Below are positions 27,843 to 40,899 of a stretch of DNA of 64,000 nucleotides, piece after piece. The stretch is from Octopus sinensis (taxonomy: Eukaryota): contig NC_043026.1 of assembly GCF_006345805.1 (NCBI RefSeq), positions 14,177,579 through 14,241,578 of the forward strand, written 5' to 3'. Each line of letters starts with the position of its first letter. The first letter of the stretch is position 1. A model generated the notes under the pieces. It made no database searches. It saw only the letters and a program-made list of their open reading frames with translations, and was not told where the DNA came from. The translations under genes and the position numbers were made by a program.

Positions 27843-27897
27843 ATATGTGTGTGTGTGTATGTGTGTGTGTGTGTGTGTGTTTGCGTGTGTGTTTGTG

Positions 27898-27930
<33 letters not shown>

Positions 27931-27945
27931 ATGTGTTTGTGTGTG

Positions 27946-27976
<31 letters not shown>

Positions 27977-28095
27977 TTGTGTGTGTTTGTGTGTGTGTGT
28001 TTGTGTGTGTATGTGTGTGTGTGTGTGTGTTTGCGTTTGTGTGTTTGTGTGTGTGTGTGTTTGCGTGTGTGTTTGTGTGTGTGTGTGTGTTTGTG

Positions 28096-28139
<44 letters not shown>

Positions 28140-28146
28140 CGTGCGT
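27843..28146. repeat. (GT)n microsatellite. Similar tracts at 48639-48737, 50151-50232 and 51655-52065.
   Basis: Directly visible. Confidence 0.9.
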
Positions 28147-28781
28147 AAATTCCCACGGAAGCACAAGCTTGGATTCAGACATACAGATACATATGCATTT
28201 AACATATATATATCCAAAGATGTGTGAGGAGTGGAGAGTGGTCGCGGTTCAGGAATATCATTGTTAATGACGATCCTGTTTGGTTAATTTGAAATACCAA
28301 TGGATTAACGAGGCGAAAACAGATGATTTGACGACACCCAGAAAACCTCAGAAGCATCTCAGACTGGGATGGGGGACGGGAAACAAGAGTGAGTGAACGG
28401 AAGGGAGAGAACGGGCGTGGGAACAGAGAGACAGAGAGCAAGATGTACTTTCTAACCGTCCAATCATACCGAAGACCTCATCTGATTTCCCGTTATAATG
28501 CACTCGCTTTGATCAATTGTCTCACAACTTGAGTGTGAGTATAAGCTCTCACAACAAGAGTGTCATCGTCGTTCTTTCTCCCTCCAACGGACTCCTGTGC
28601 GGTGCAACCCTCAACAACATTTCACCTCTCTCATCCACCTTCAAAGTCGGCCGCCTTTGCTGTTTGTATCTGGCTATTGTTGTTGCTGTCTTCGGGCCGA
28701 AAGTCCACTATTTCATTCCTACGTGACCAGTTGCTTCTAGTGTTCAACTGTGACGGACCACTGTCACACAGAAAGAAAAAA

Positions 28782-28830
28782 ATGGCTACGTGTGGTGTAC
28801 GTTACTGCTTCCTGTTTGGTGTATTATTCG
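28782..28830 (+). CDS. Predicted coding exon 1 (signal peptide) of the M4 metalloprotease
   Basis: AAAAATGG start encodes MATCGVRYCFLFGVLF plus 1 nt, followed by donor G|GTGAGT. Phase 1 matches the acceptor at 37453, giving MATCGVRYCFLFGVLFAFLGRHIVASAKW. Confidence 0.7.
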
Positions 28831-29342
28831 GTGAGTTTAACATATTTTTCTATGTATATATATCTGTAGGTTTGTATGTGTGTGTCTGTGTGTCTGTGCA
28901 TAAGTTTGTTCGTGCGTTTGCGTGTATGTATGTATGTATGTATGTATGTATGTATGTATGTATGTATGTATGTTATATATATATATATCTTTCTCTTTTA
29001 CTTGTTTCAGTCATTTGACTGCGGCCATGCTGGAGCACCGCCTTTAATCGAGCAACTCGACCCCGGGACTTATTCTTTTGTAAGCCCAGTACTTATTCTA
29101 TCGGTCTATTTTGCCGAACCGCTAAGTGACGGGCACATAAACTCACCAGCATCGGTTGTCAAGCAATGCTAGAGGGACAAACACAGACACACAAACATAT
29201 ACACACACATACATATATATATACGACGGGCTTCTTTCAGTTGCCCAAAATGCCACGCAGTGGGACTGAACCCGGAACCATGTGGTTGGTTAGCAAGCTA
29301 CTTACCACACAGCCACTCCTGTTCCTATATATATACATATAT

Positions 29343-29411
<69 letters not shown>

Positions 29412-29447
29412 TATATATTATATATATATATATATTATATATATATA

Positions 29448-29479
<32 letters not shown>

Positions 29480-30039
29480 TGTACAGTCGCAAGCGTGGCT
29501 GTGTGGTAAGTTTGCCAACCAACCGCTTCGTTCCGGTTTCACCCGTAGTGTGGCACCGTGGGCGAGTGTGTTGTTCTATTGCCTCGGACCTACCAAAGCA
29601 TTGTGAGTGAATTTCATATATATGTGTGTGTGTACGTGTGTGCATATGTATATATGTATGTATTTGTGTGTGTATGTGTGTATATCTGTGTCTGTGCTTG
29701 TTCTCCCACCATCGCTCCACAACCAGTATCAGTGTGTTTACGTCCGCGTAACCTAGCGGTTCAACAAAAGAAAGCGATAGAATAAATACTAGGCTTAAGA
29801 AAATTCTTGGGGTCGATTTGTTCGACTAGAACCCCTGAAGGCGGTGCTCCAGCGTGGCCGCAGTCAAAAGACTCAAGCAAGTAAAGCTGGAAAGTAGGTT
29901 GTATCCAATTTTAAAGTCTTTATTTATTAATGAAAAACTTATGTTAAACGAAATACTTAATCATTAACATAACGTCCATTACTTCGTAGAATCTAATTCC
30001 ATCTCTCAACAAGCTTATAGATGCCACACTTGAAATATA

Positions 30040-30641
30040 TATTTCTTTACTGCCCACAAGGGGCTAAACATAGAAGGGACAAACAAGGACAGACAAAGGG
30101 ATCAAGTCAATTACATCGACCCCAGTGCGAAACTGGTACTTAATTAATCGACCCCGAAAGTTTGAAAGGCAAAGTCGACCTCGGCGGAATTTGAACTCAG
30201 AACGCAGCGGCAGACGAAATACCTATTTCTTTATTATCCACAATGGGCTAAACACAGAAGGGACAAACAAGGACAGACAAACGGATTAAGCCGATTACAT
30301 CGACCCCAGTGCGTAACTGGTACTTAATTTATCGACCCCGAAAGGATGAAAGGCAAAGTCGACCTCGGCGGAATTTGAACTCAGAACGTAACGACAGACG
30401 AAATACCTATTTCTTTACTGCCCACAAGGGGCTAAACATAGAGAGGACAAACAAAGACAGACAAAGGGATCAAGTCGATTACATCGACCCCAGTGCGAAA
30501 CTGGTACTTTATTTATCGATCCCGAAAGGATGAAAGGCAAAGTCGACCTCGGCGGAATTTGAACTCAGAACGTAACGACAGACGAAATACTACTAAGCAT
30601 TTCGCGCCCGGCGCGCTAACGTTTCTGCCAGCTCACCGCCT
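30040..30641 (-). repeat. SINE family A trimer
   Basis: Three ~184-bp bodies, one head, and the same junction as the other arrays. Confidence 0.85.
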
Positions 30642-31007
30642 ATGTCCCACACTTGAAATATAATTTAGGTTTTGATGCAAAGTTCGGTACCAATTAGATT
30701 TCAACCTGTTCTTCTCTCGTTGTCAACCTGAAACCATTGAAATTAATTCCGTAATCCCCTAAACAAATGATAATCAGAAGCTGCAAGGTCAGAAGAAGGT
30801 GGAAGATAAAGCAATTCCTCCCACCTGATCTCTTCTAAGGAATTTTTACTCGGTTGTACAGTGTGTGGTGGGCGAGCATTATCGCGAAGCAAGCTTCCTC
30901 TCTTTGACTAAGGACGGGTGATTTTTGTCCAAAGCAGCTTTCAAGCAACGAAGTGGATCGCAATAAAGATTGGTGTTGATCGTTTGATTATTGTGTAACA
31001 GTTTGTA

Positions 31008-31957
31008 TTTGGTTGTCCGGAAAGTTCGTGCTGATTTATAGTAGCTTACCTTTCGACTTATTTTAGAACATGGTTGAGTCCATAAAATAGGATTTGACTA
31101 CACCTCCATTTAGAGCACAGTTTAAGCTATCTTTTCGTGGAAGAAGGTTTATGTTCCTATAACCTGTGTTAATTCTGTAACCCTTTAAAATGGAAGATAA
31201 GAAAGTTCATTTTCGGCACTTGATGCTTTGGGAACCAGACGAAAATTGTTGCAGCTCGGCTGGGATGTGTTACCCCACCCTCCATATTCACCAGATATTG
31301 CTCCTTCGGATTTCCACTAATTCAGGTCTTTACAGAATAGTTTTAATGGTAAAAATTTCAATTCCTTGGATGACGTAAAAAGATACCTTGATGAATTCTT
31401 TGCCATGAAACCCCTCTCAATTCTGGGAAAAGGGTCTTTTCAAGTTAAAGGAAAGATGGAAACCCATAAAATAGGATTTGACTACACCTCCATTTAGAGC
31501 ACGGTTTAAGCTATCTTTTCGTGGAAGAAGGTTTATGTTCCTATAAACTGTCTTAATTCTGTAACCCTTTAAAGTGGAAGATAAGAAAGTTCATTTTCGG
31601 CACTTGATGCTTTGGGAACCAGACAAAAATTGCTGCAGTTTGGCTGTGATGTGTTACCCCACCCTCCATATTCACCAGATATTGCTCCATCGGATTTCCA
31701 CTAATTCAGGTCTTTACAGAATAGTCTTAATGGTAAAAATTTCAATTCCTTGAATGACGCAAAAAGATACCTTGATGAATTCTTTGCCATGAAATCACCT
31801 CAATTCAGGGAAGAGGGTATTTTCAAGTTAATGGAAAGATGGAGACGCATTGTGCAAGAAAATGGTTCATATTTGGTTGATTAAAAATGTAATGGCAAGT
31901 ATTTATTGACCTTTTTCTTTCCTTTAAAAATCGGCACGAACTCTCCGGACAACCCAA
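31008..31957 (+). mobile_element. Internally deleted mariner element with TIRs and a ~383-bp internal tandem duplication
   Basis: TIRs TTTGGTTGTCCGGAAAGTTCGTGCTGATTT and AAATCGGCACGAACTCTCCGGACAACCCAA, with TA flanks. MEDKKVHFRHLMLWE is joined to LGWDVLPHPPYSPDIAPSDFH. Confidence 0.85.
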
Positions 31958-32397
31958 TAATAGCTAATTCCTTGAAAATTCCACCATACATTGAACATGT
32001 TCTTCTTTGAATGAAATAATTCTCTTTGTTGCTATGGAGATCTGCTTCCTCGACTGATCTATTGACGACGGTTTTTAACGTTATGATAAAGTTTCCACTT
32101 CTCATCACTCGTAACAAACCTACCCTCAAAGCGGCTTCTGACGTTGTTGTGTAGGCAATGGTTGACAACAAGCGACACATTGTTGCTGATTCTCCGGAGA
32201 CAGGTCGTACGGAACCCATTTTCTAACCACTGAAACCTTTCTACTAACGGTTTTTTTTAAAATACTTAATAACGTTCTGTTTATCATTTAGGCAGTCATC
32301 GTAATTGTTATAACGTCTTTTTGTTGAGATAGGCTCTCTTTCTTTCCCGATGAGAAGATTGCATTTTACACATAGTTTATTCCTTTGGAATAAATCA

Positions 32398-32643
32398 ATG
32401 TTGTCTTCGAAATATATGTCGAAAGTAAAAGAATTTTAATAACATCTTCGTTCAACTCCATTTATTTACTTATACTACACAAATTACTGCACATTAACCC
32501 GGAGCTTCTACCTTTGAATAGGTCGCTTCATCCGTGTTACTTGCGTGAATTTTGCTACCCTGGTAACTGTTTATTGAATTTTCCATGTTAATGGTAAACA
32601 AAGGATAATTCATTCATCCATTTATTTATACATACATACATAC

Positions 32644-32689
<46 letters not shown>

Positions 32690-33842
32690 ATACTAAGAGA
32701 GAGAGAGAGAGAAAAGAGAAAGGTTTTTCATAAATGTAGAAACATTGAGTGGCGTGGGTTGGTATTTTATAGAAAACCAAGTGAATTTTCAACGCGGGTT
32801 AGCTGTGAATACAGCCTTGAAAATTGAGTAAATTCTTCTTGGTTATTTTTTCCCCGTCTTCTAGGGGTATTTATCGAATTTTCTAGGCTGTATTCACAGT
32901 TATTCCACGTTCGAAATTTTATCTATATATATAAAACTGTATTTATCGAATTTTCTAGGCTGTATTCACAGTTATTCCACGTTCGAAATTTTATCTATAT
33001 ATATAAAACTGTAGTTGTGTGAGTGTCTGTCTCCTACGATTTAGATTCCTAACTCCTCCCACATTTTGCGGTGCAGTTTAACCAAATTCGGGTATCATAT
33101 AGTCGTGATTAATATCGAGCCCGTCTGGGTATTAGCGCGCGTCTACGATGAATCTACAATTTTAAAAATAATTTAACATCATTTTTATTCCATTTTAATG
33201 CATAATTTTTCGTGTGTCGATGGCGGCGGAGTTGGCGTCCACGCTCAAACACCTGCACCTGTGTTTGCTTCTCCCCCTTCTTCCCTCCCTCGTGAATCTG
33301 TGGGGAAGGGAGTTTAAGGAAATCAACGTCGTAATGCGTTGTCAAGGAGACCAGCGTTCTTTTAGAACAACGACTTCATGGCTTGAAGACACCAAAACCG
33401 AAATGGCTAAGAAAGCCCGAATTGGCATCTATAAGGGAAGTAACTCTCTAAAAATGCTTATATAGTTATTTCCCTTACAAACCCGAGCAACGCCGGGTGA
33501 TACTGCTAGTATATATATAAAAGGTATTTTTAATACAGATTTTCTAAATATATTTTTAAGAGTATATTTTTTATTGCAAAATTTTTTAACAACAACTGTG
33601 TTAAAATCTGAAGTTCGTAAATTTATATCTTCGAGCTCCGCAGCCCATTGTAATTTCGGATAATGGGCGAAAAATCAATTTATAACACGTTTGCCGTTCC
33701 TCATTTTATTTTTTACATTCATTGTTACGAATCGATTTTCTTTTAATGTGTAGTAATTTGTGTAGTATAAGTAAATAAATGGAGTTGAACGAAGATGTTA
33801 TTAAAATTCTTTTCCTTTCGACATGTGTTTCGAAGACAACAT
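32398..33842. mobile_element. Foldback/MITE-like element with ~100-bp inverted arms
   Basis: 32398-32497 is the near-perfect reverse complement of 33743-33842. Confidence 0.65.
32994..33509 (+). mobile_element. Non-autonomous Helitron, family H2
   Basis: A|TCTATATATATAAA ... CCCGAGCAACGCCGGGTGATACTGCTAG|T. Related copy at 51133..51510. Confidence 0.85.
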
Positions 33843-33848
33843 ATTATT

Positions 33849-33907
<59 letters not shown>

Positions 33908-33999
33908 TAGCATCATTATAATAATAATAAGAAGATTTCAATAAGATTTCAATAAGATTTTAATAATAATAATAATTATTATTATTATTATTATTATCC

Positions 34000-34036
<37 letters not shown>

Positions 34037-34045
34037 TAGCATCAT

Positions 34046-34077
<32 letters not shown>

Positions 34078-34193
34078 GATTTTAATAAGATTTTAATAAG
34101 ATTTTAATAATAATAATTATTATTATTGTAATTATTATTATCATTATTATTATTATTATCATCATCATCATTATCATTATAATAATAATAATA

Positions 34194-34238
<45 letters not shown>

Positions 34239-34296
34239 GAAGAAGAAGAGAAGAAGAAGAAGAAGAAGAAGAAGAAGAAGAATGATAATAATGATA

Positions 34297-34327
<31 letters not shown>

Positions 34328-34596
34328 GTATCCAGTCATTCGTTATTTCGAGATATTTGGCCAGTCCAATTGTGGTTGTTTTGTAAGCTAGTTCAAATTG
34401 GATCAGGCCTCTACCTCCTTGGGCTCTGGGAAGGTAAAGGCGATCTACGTCTGCCTTTGGGTGGTGCATCCTATTACAACTCAGCAGCTTGCGTATTTTC
34501 CCATCGATATTCTTTACTTCACTCATATTCCAGTTCAACACATTGTAGCTATAAGTAACAACTGGAACTGCTAAGGAAAGTAACAACTGGAACTGC

Positions 34597-34631
<35 letters not shown>

Positions 34632-35624
34632 TATGTTTGACTTTTGCTTTATATTTGTACAAGTTGGCTCCAAGTCTCACCCAGAGACCTCAAGAGACAA
34701 CAGGTTGGAAGTTCATGTTGTTGTTATGCCTAGTGTGCCATATATTGGGGGGGGGTATTTTGGTGTTGTACTAATGAATGTCTAAAAAATAATTTTTTTT
34801 TTTTTTTAAACCGAAAATTATGTTTGTTTTAAACCTTGAGATTACATAGAAAGTATTTTGCGTAGGATAGGAGCAGTTCCCATGAGCACTATCTTTTGAA
34901 TTTCTGCCATTTTTGGGTTTCTTGGTATCTGAGTTAGGTAGCTATCAGTCCCTTTTGCTATCATTCCCAGGGCACCTATGACAACAGGTATTGTTTTAGT
35001 CTTCAGGTTCCACATTTTGCTGATTTCTATTTCAAGATCTTTATATTTACTCAGTTTTTGGTAGGTCTTGACAGATACGTTTATATCGATAGGGACAGTC
35101 ATATCAATGAGGAGGCATGTTCTTTATTTGAAGTCTTTCAATATGATGTCTGGCCTATTTGCATCTATCTTTCTGTCAGTTTGAATGGTGAAGTTCCAGA
35201 GGAGTGAGATGTGGTCATTTTCAAGCACTGGGGGTGGTTTGTGTTCCCACCAGTTTTTTTCATGGGGCAAATCCAGGTTTTTGCAGATTACCCAGTGAAT
35301 ATATTGTGCAGCTCTATCGTGCCTGTTGAGATACTCTGTAGGCGCTAGAAGACTGCACTTGGAGACCACATGATCAATGGACTGCACTTGGAGACCACAT
35401 GATCAATGGACTGCACTTGGAGACCACATGATCAATGGACTGCACTTGGAGACCACATGATCAATGGACTGCACTTGGAGACCACATGATCAATGGACTG
35501 CACTTGGGGACCACATGATCAATGGTTATTATTATTATTATTATTATCATCATCATCATTATTATTATTATTATTATTATTATCATTATTATTATTATTA
35601 TTATCATTATTATTATCATCATCA

Positions 35625-35658
<34 letters not shown>

Positions 35659-35747
35659 CATTATTATTATTATTATCATTATTATTATTATTATCATTAT
35701 TATTATAATTATTACTATTATTATTATTATTATTATTATTATTGTTA

Positions 35748-35787
<40 letters not shown>

Positions 35788-35841
35788 CATCATCATCATC
35801 ATTATTATTATTATTATTAACATTATTATTATAATTATTAC

Positions 35842-35917
<76 letters not shown>

Positions 35918-36128
35918 GAAACAAAGCACAGGTTCGGATTTATGTGGGTAGTGGCTCATTGTCTGTAATCTTAAGTATCAACAGGTTTTCGGTAGTTCTT
36001 AGAACCCTCCTGATAATTCTAACTGTCCCCAAGAAGCAAACTTTCTGTAGGAGATCTACCGGGAATTCTATTTTAATATCCTCCAGCCCTTTTTCTATAT
36101 CTTGGCTTACTCTCCCCCAACGCCCCAA
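34328..36128 (-). mobile_element. R4/Dong-like (restriction-like endonuclease) non-LTR retrotransposon fragments inside (TAA)n tracts
   Basis: RT C-terminus HHPKADVDRLYLPRAQGGRGL (34328-34586). Zinc knuckle and endonuclease IDHVVSKC..RHD..NRPDII..KY..IPVVIGALG (34842-35390). A second C-terminus LLQKVCFLGTVRIIRRVL (35940-36128). Confidence 0.85.
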
Positions 36129-36394
36129 TTATTATAAGCACGATCTTTACTGTTCGAATACCTATTTCTTTATTACCCACAAGGGGCTAAACACAGAGAG
36201 GACAAACAAGGACAGACACACGGATTAAATCGATTATATCGACCCCAGTGCGTAACTGGTACTTATTTAATCGACCCCGAAAGGTTGAAAGGCAAAGTCG
36301 ACCTCGGCGGAATTTGAACTCAGAACGCAGCGGCGGACGAAATACCGCAAAGCATTTCGCCCGGCGTGCTAACGTTTCTGCCAGGTCGCCACCT

Positions 36395-36456
<62 letters not shown>

Positions 36457-37009
36457 GAGTGAGCGAGCAGAGCATGCCATCAAAGTGACACTGGGGTAAA
36501 ATATACGAAGCCCAGTATACCCATCATGACTACCCGTCTGATAAGGGTACACCAGGCACATGCATCACAACCATATGTGCGCGATATGGTGATCTCATAT
36601 CAAGATAAACAGCACATGACCTTGCAGGTGGAGCCCAGTTAGAATTTTCTTCAGATCGAGTAACCCATCCTGCTCAAATGGTCCCTGAATAAGGGTTGTT
36701 TAAGGACGTTGAACGAAACACCCATGTTTCAGAGGTGAATTATTCAAACCCCAAAGAATCCTTCTCAACACATGGCTATGATGCTCCCCCACTACTTCTG
36801 CTCGTGATCAGAGATGCACATATCGTCAGCCACTAAGGGACATGCTCAACTGGTTAAGGTCAAACAACTGACAAGCAAATCTGTGGTATTGAGCAGAATA
36901 TTTGCTGTAGCCCATCTTTTATACCAAGACAAAACAATGTACATGATAACACTTCCAATCAGTTAAGATCAGAAGCCATGAGAGCCACTGCCTGGTACTG
37001 CATCAGGGC
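36457..37009 (-). mobile_element. Longest copy of the (TAA)n-embedded non-coding element
   Basis: Reverse complement of 17013-17553, with TAA repeats on both sides. Confidence 0.65.
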
Positions 37010-37029
37010 TATCATTATTATTATCATCA

Positions 37030-37081
<52 letters not shown>

Positions 37082-37362
37082 CATTATTATTATTATTATC
37101 ATCATCATCATCATTATTATTATTATTACTGTTCGAATACTCCAAGTTTTTCCTCATTCAAATTTTAAGGGATTCTCTTTCTCTATTTTCTCTTTTACTT
37201 GTTTCAGTCAGTTGACTGCGGCCGTGTTGGAGCACCGCTTTTAGTCGAGCAACTCGACCCCGGGACTTATTCATTATTATTATTATCATTATTATTATTA
37301 TTGTTATTGATATTATTATCATTATTATTATTGTTGTTATTATTATTATTATTATCATTATT

Positions 37363-37421
<59 letters not shown>

Positions 37422-37453
37422 CATTATTATTATTATTCTCTTCCTCTGTCTAG

Positions 37454-39303
37454 CTTTCCTGGGGAGACACATCGTGGCGTCAGCGAAATGGCGGCAGGCC
37501 AGGGACGTTTTCCTGTCAAACGTGGATACGCTTAGCGAGACGATGAAGCGACAGCCTAGTCACATGATCACCACACGTGACCTATTCGGTCTAACGAAGG
37601 ACGAGGACGTCGCACTAATGGACTCGGCACTCAGTGAACAAGGAACCGATATCAAAAAATACGGCGAGACTTACAGAGGAATTCCAGTATTTGATGCCAG
37701 CCTCACTGTGGAAGAGGACGCCAAAACGCACGTGTACACTGGTCAGGTGACTGGTAAACTGGTTCAGAACCTTGACGATGACATCAACTCTACGATCCCA
37801 AATTTGACCGACGAGGAAGCGAAGCAATTAGCTGCCAACTACGGAAACTTCTCTATGGAAGGGGCCCGCATTGACTATGATAAACCCCAGCTGATGATCT
37901 TCGTGAAGGACGATATAGGAATCCTGGTCTATCGAGTTCAATATTATGCCGTGTCTGATGCAAAAAATCATCGATTTTGCATGATGATTGATGCAAAGAA
38001 CGGAACACTTGTCTACAAATGGAACGCATTAGAGAATGTAACCAACAAATATGAAATGAAAGGTACGGGTGGTAATATGTTGATTGGCAAACAGAGCTAC
38101 GGAGAAAAACTACCATTTTTGAAAGTGACACGTAAAGGCGATGAGTGTTATTTCGCGAACGATGTCGTCAAAGTGGTGAATTTGCAAGGAGCACAGTTTT
38201 TGCCTAACGAGGAAGAACAAGTCTATCACGTCAACTGCCAAGATGGTGCGACAGATGAAGCGAACGGAGCTTTTTCTCCGATAAATGATGCTCTTTTCTA
38301 TGGCAACATCATCCACAGTATGTTCATAGAATGGCTGAAAGTTCCTCCGAAAAAAGTCTTGCCTATGGTCTTCCGCGTGCACTATGGTTACGATGTAGTG
38401 AATGCCTTTTTCAATGGCAGAAACTTCACGTTTGGTGATGGAGACTGGGATCACATGCCACTCGTCACCCTCGACATTGCGGCCCACGAAGTTGCCCATT
38501 GCTTCACGGAGGAACACTCAGGTTTAATATACGCGGGACAGTCGGGTGGTATCGACGAATCGTTCAGTGACCTGGCTGCTGAAGCGGTTGAATCCTTTTT
38601 TAATATAAACGAAAATAACGACTGGAAAATTGGAGAAGACATTGCAACAATACCAATGCGCAATATATGCAACCAATCAGAAGACGGGATGTCGATCACA
38701 CATGCCGGCAACTATAAAAGCAGTTTGGACGTTCATTACCTAAGCGGAGTATTCAACCGGTTCTACTGTTTGTTAGCCAAGTGGAAAGGCTGGAGTATTC
38801 AAATGGTCTTCCGGACAGCAGCACATTCCAACCGTTTCTATTGGCACCCAACAACCAACTACACTGAAGCCGCCTGTGACTTTATGAAGTCTGCCTATGA
38901 CCTTGGCTACGACACTGGACCCGTGTTAAAAGCTTTCACAAAGGTGGGCATCGAAGTATGTGATTTATCCTCATACATCAGAACAGTCCACCAGAACTCA
39001 AAAATCGAGGGTCTAAAAGCGATTGCCGGTCAAGAAGTCTTATTTCAACTAATCTTAACAGATTTGCCTTTAAAGAATGTGACAATTGCTACGTTTGGCG
39101 GCGGTGAAACAGATTTGTTTGTTTGCTACGAGAAGGTTCGCTGCAGTGAACATTTGACACAATGGCGATCGAACCTGCCTGGTTCTGAGCAACAGGTTTT
39201 GATTGAAAGTCCAAAGCAAGGCAAATATTTCATAATATTAAAACCAAAAGCCTCGAGTTATATCGAAGATGTAACTTTAGTGGTGACACTTGAAGAAGAT
39301 TAA
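37454..39303 (+). CDS. Peptidase family M4 (thermolysin/vibriolysin/elastase-like) zinc metalloprotease, main exon: FTP and PepSY propeptide, M4 catalytic domain, C-terminal PPC-like domain
   Basis: Propeptide YGETYRGIPVF and MIDAKNG. Catalytic motifs NAFFNG..FGDG, HEVAH (HExxH), GGIDESFSD and DVHYLSGVFN. PPC-like tail. Acceptor TTCTCTTCCTCTGTCTAG ends at 37453, and AATAAA follows the stop. Confidence 0.93.
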
Positions 39304-40411
39304 CAAATAAATTTGTTATGTTTTAAAGTAAAAACAAAAAAATAATTTTTGAACGATCTAAAACCCTGTTTCAAAAGGTTTATTAAAATAAAGATATTAA
39401 GCAATCACGTGACTTTTAGTTAATTTTCTCCAAAATTTTCAAGATTGAATCGGAAAGAATTCCAATGATCCAAACATGGGGAATTTCCGAAATCATTATC
39501 GATTATAATGTTTATATGTGGATGGATGGAAGCACTCCGTCGGTTACGACGACGAGGGTTCCGGTTGATCCGAATCAACAGAACAGCCTGCTCGTGAAAT
39601 TAACGTGTAAGTGGCTGAGCACTCCACAGACATGTGTACCCTTAACGCAGTTCTCGGGGAATATTCAGCGTGACACAGAGAGTGACAAGGCCGGCCCCTT
39701 GAAATACAGATACAACAGAAACAGGAAGTAAGAGTGAGAGAAAGTTGTGGTGAAAGAGTACAGCAGGGATCACCACCATCCCCTGCCGGAGCCTCATGGA
39801 GCTTTAGGTGTTTTCGCTCAATAAACACTAACAACGCCCGGTCTGGGAATCGAAACCGCGATCCTATGACCGCGAGTCCGCTGCCCTAACCACTGGGCCA
39901 TTGCGCCTCCACTGTTTATATGTATCTATGTATGTTTATATGAATGTATCTTTCTCTCTCTCTTTCTCTCTCTTCCTCTGTGTGTGTGCGTATAAGAGGG
40001 AGAGAGAGAGAGAGAGAGAGATAGGGAGAGAGGGAGAGAGAGAGAGGTATGTATATGATACAAAACACATTGAAATACGAATCCAAAACCGAAGAAACTA
40101 GCAAAGAAAGAAAGAAAGAAATATTGAGAAAAAGGTAAGAGAGATGAAGAAAGAAAAAACCTCAATGCAGTACCAAGTGTTTCAATTGGTCGCACACCAC
40201 AAGGTCCAACGGAACCTGCAAAAGTAAGCCAACGCACTCGTGGTATTACCACCGGTGATGACGAGGCCAAGGCTTTGGAAGAGCCAAGCACACTCACGAA
40301 GTTAAGCAATAGCAGCAGTCCTAGAGTAAAATATTTCTATAGTCAGACTTATAGAATGTGTAACGTTGAAAGTCCAGAAGCTACAGAAAAAGAAAACCCT
40401 TTATAGTAGTA

Positions 40412-40784
40412 TCTCTCTCTATATAAACGGCAGTTTGTCTGTGTGTGTGTTTCTGTGTGTCTGTTACGTTGTACCCTCACCCTGACCACGGCTTTCAACC
40501 GATTCTGATGAAACTTGACACACACATAGCCCAATGTCATAATTCAAAACTAACGCAGCGAAAATTTTGAAAAGTTCCCCCAGTTCTGAAAAAAATCGAT
40601 AAATTCGACATGGGGTCGAGAATCAGAAACACAAACCACAGACTGTCTAAGGGACGCCACTCGACATTCTTAACTAAAAAAAAATTTACCATCATTTTTT
40701 TCCCATTTTTTGGCTATAACTCTCTAAAAATGCTTTATAGCTATTTCCCTTACAAACCCGAGCAACGCCGGGCGATACTGCTAG
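40412..40784 (+). mobile_element. Non-autonomous Helitron, family H1
   Basis: A|TCTCTCTCTATATAAACGG ... CCCGAGCAACGCCGGGCGATACTGCTAG|T. Confidence 0.85.
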
Positions 40785-40899
40785 TTGTGTTTAAAAGACA
40801 AAACGAAAATATATTCTTCAGAGCTATGAGAAATGAGATAGACCCAGAAATAAGCGTGTCCTCAACAGCCACGTATTTCATTGTGAGCCAATGTGACAT

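Noticed and set aside
37474-39303. Bacterial contamination, or a GTG-initiated prokaryotic gene
   Set aside because: It has a polypyrimidine-AG acceptor, a phase-compatible upstream exon, AATAAA after the stop, and host repeats on both sides with no operon context.
40090-40405. Possible extra coding exon downstream of M4
   Set aside because: No recognisable motif and no convincing pair of splice sites.
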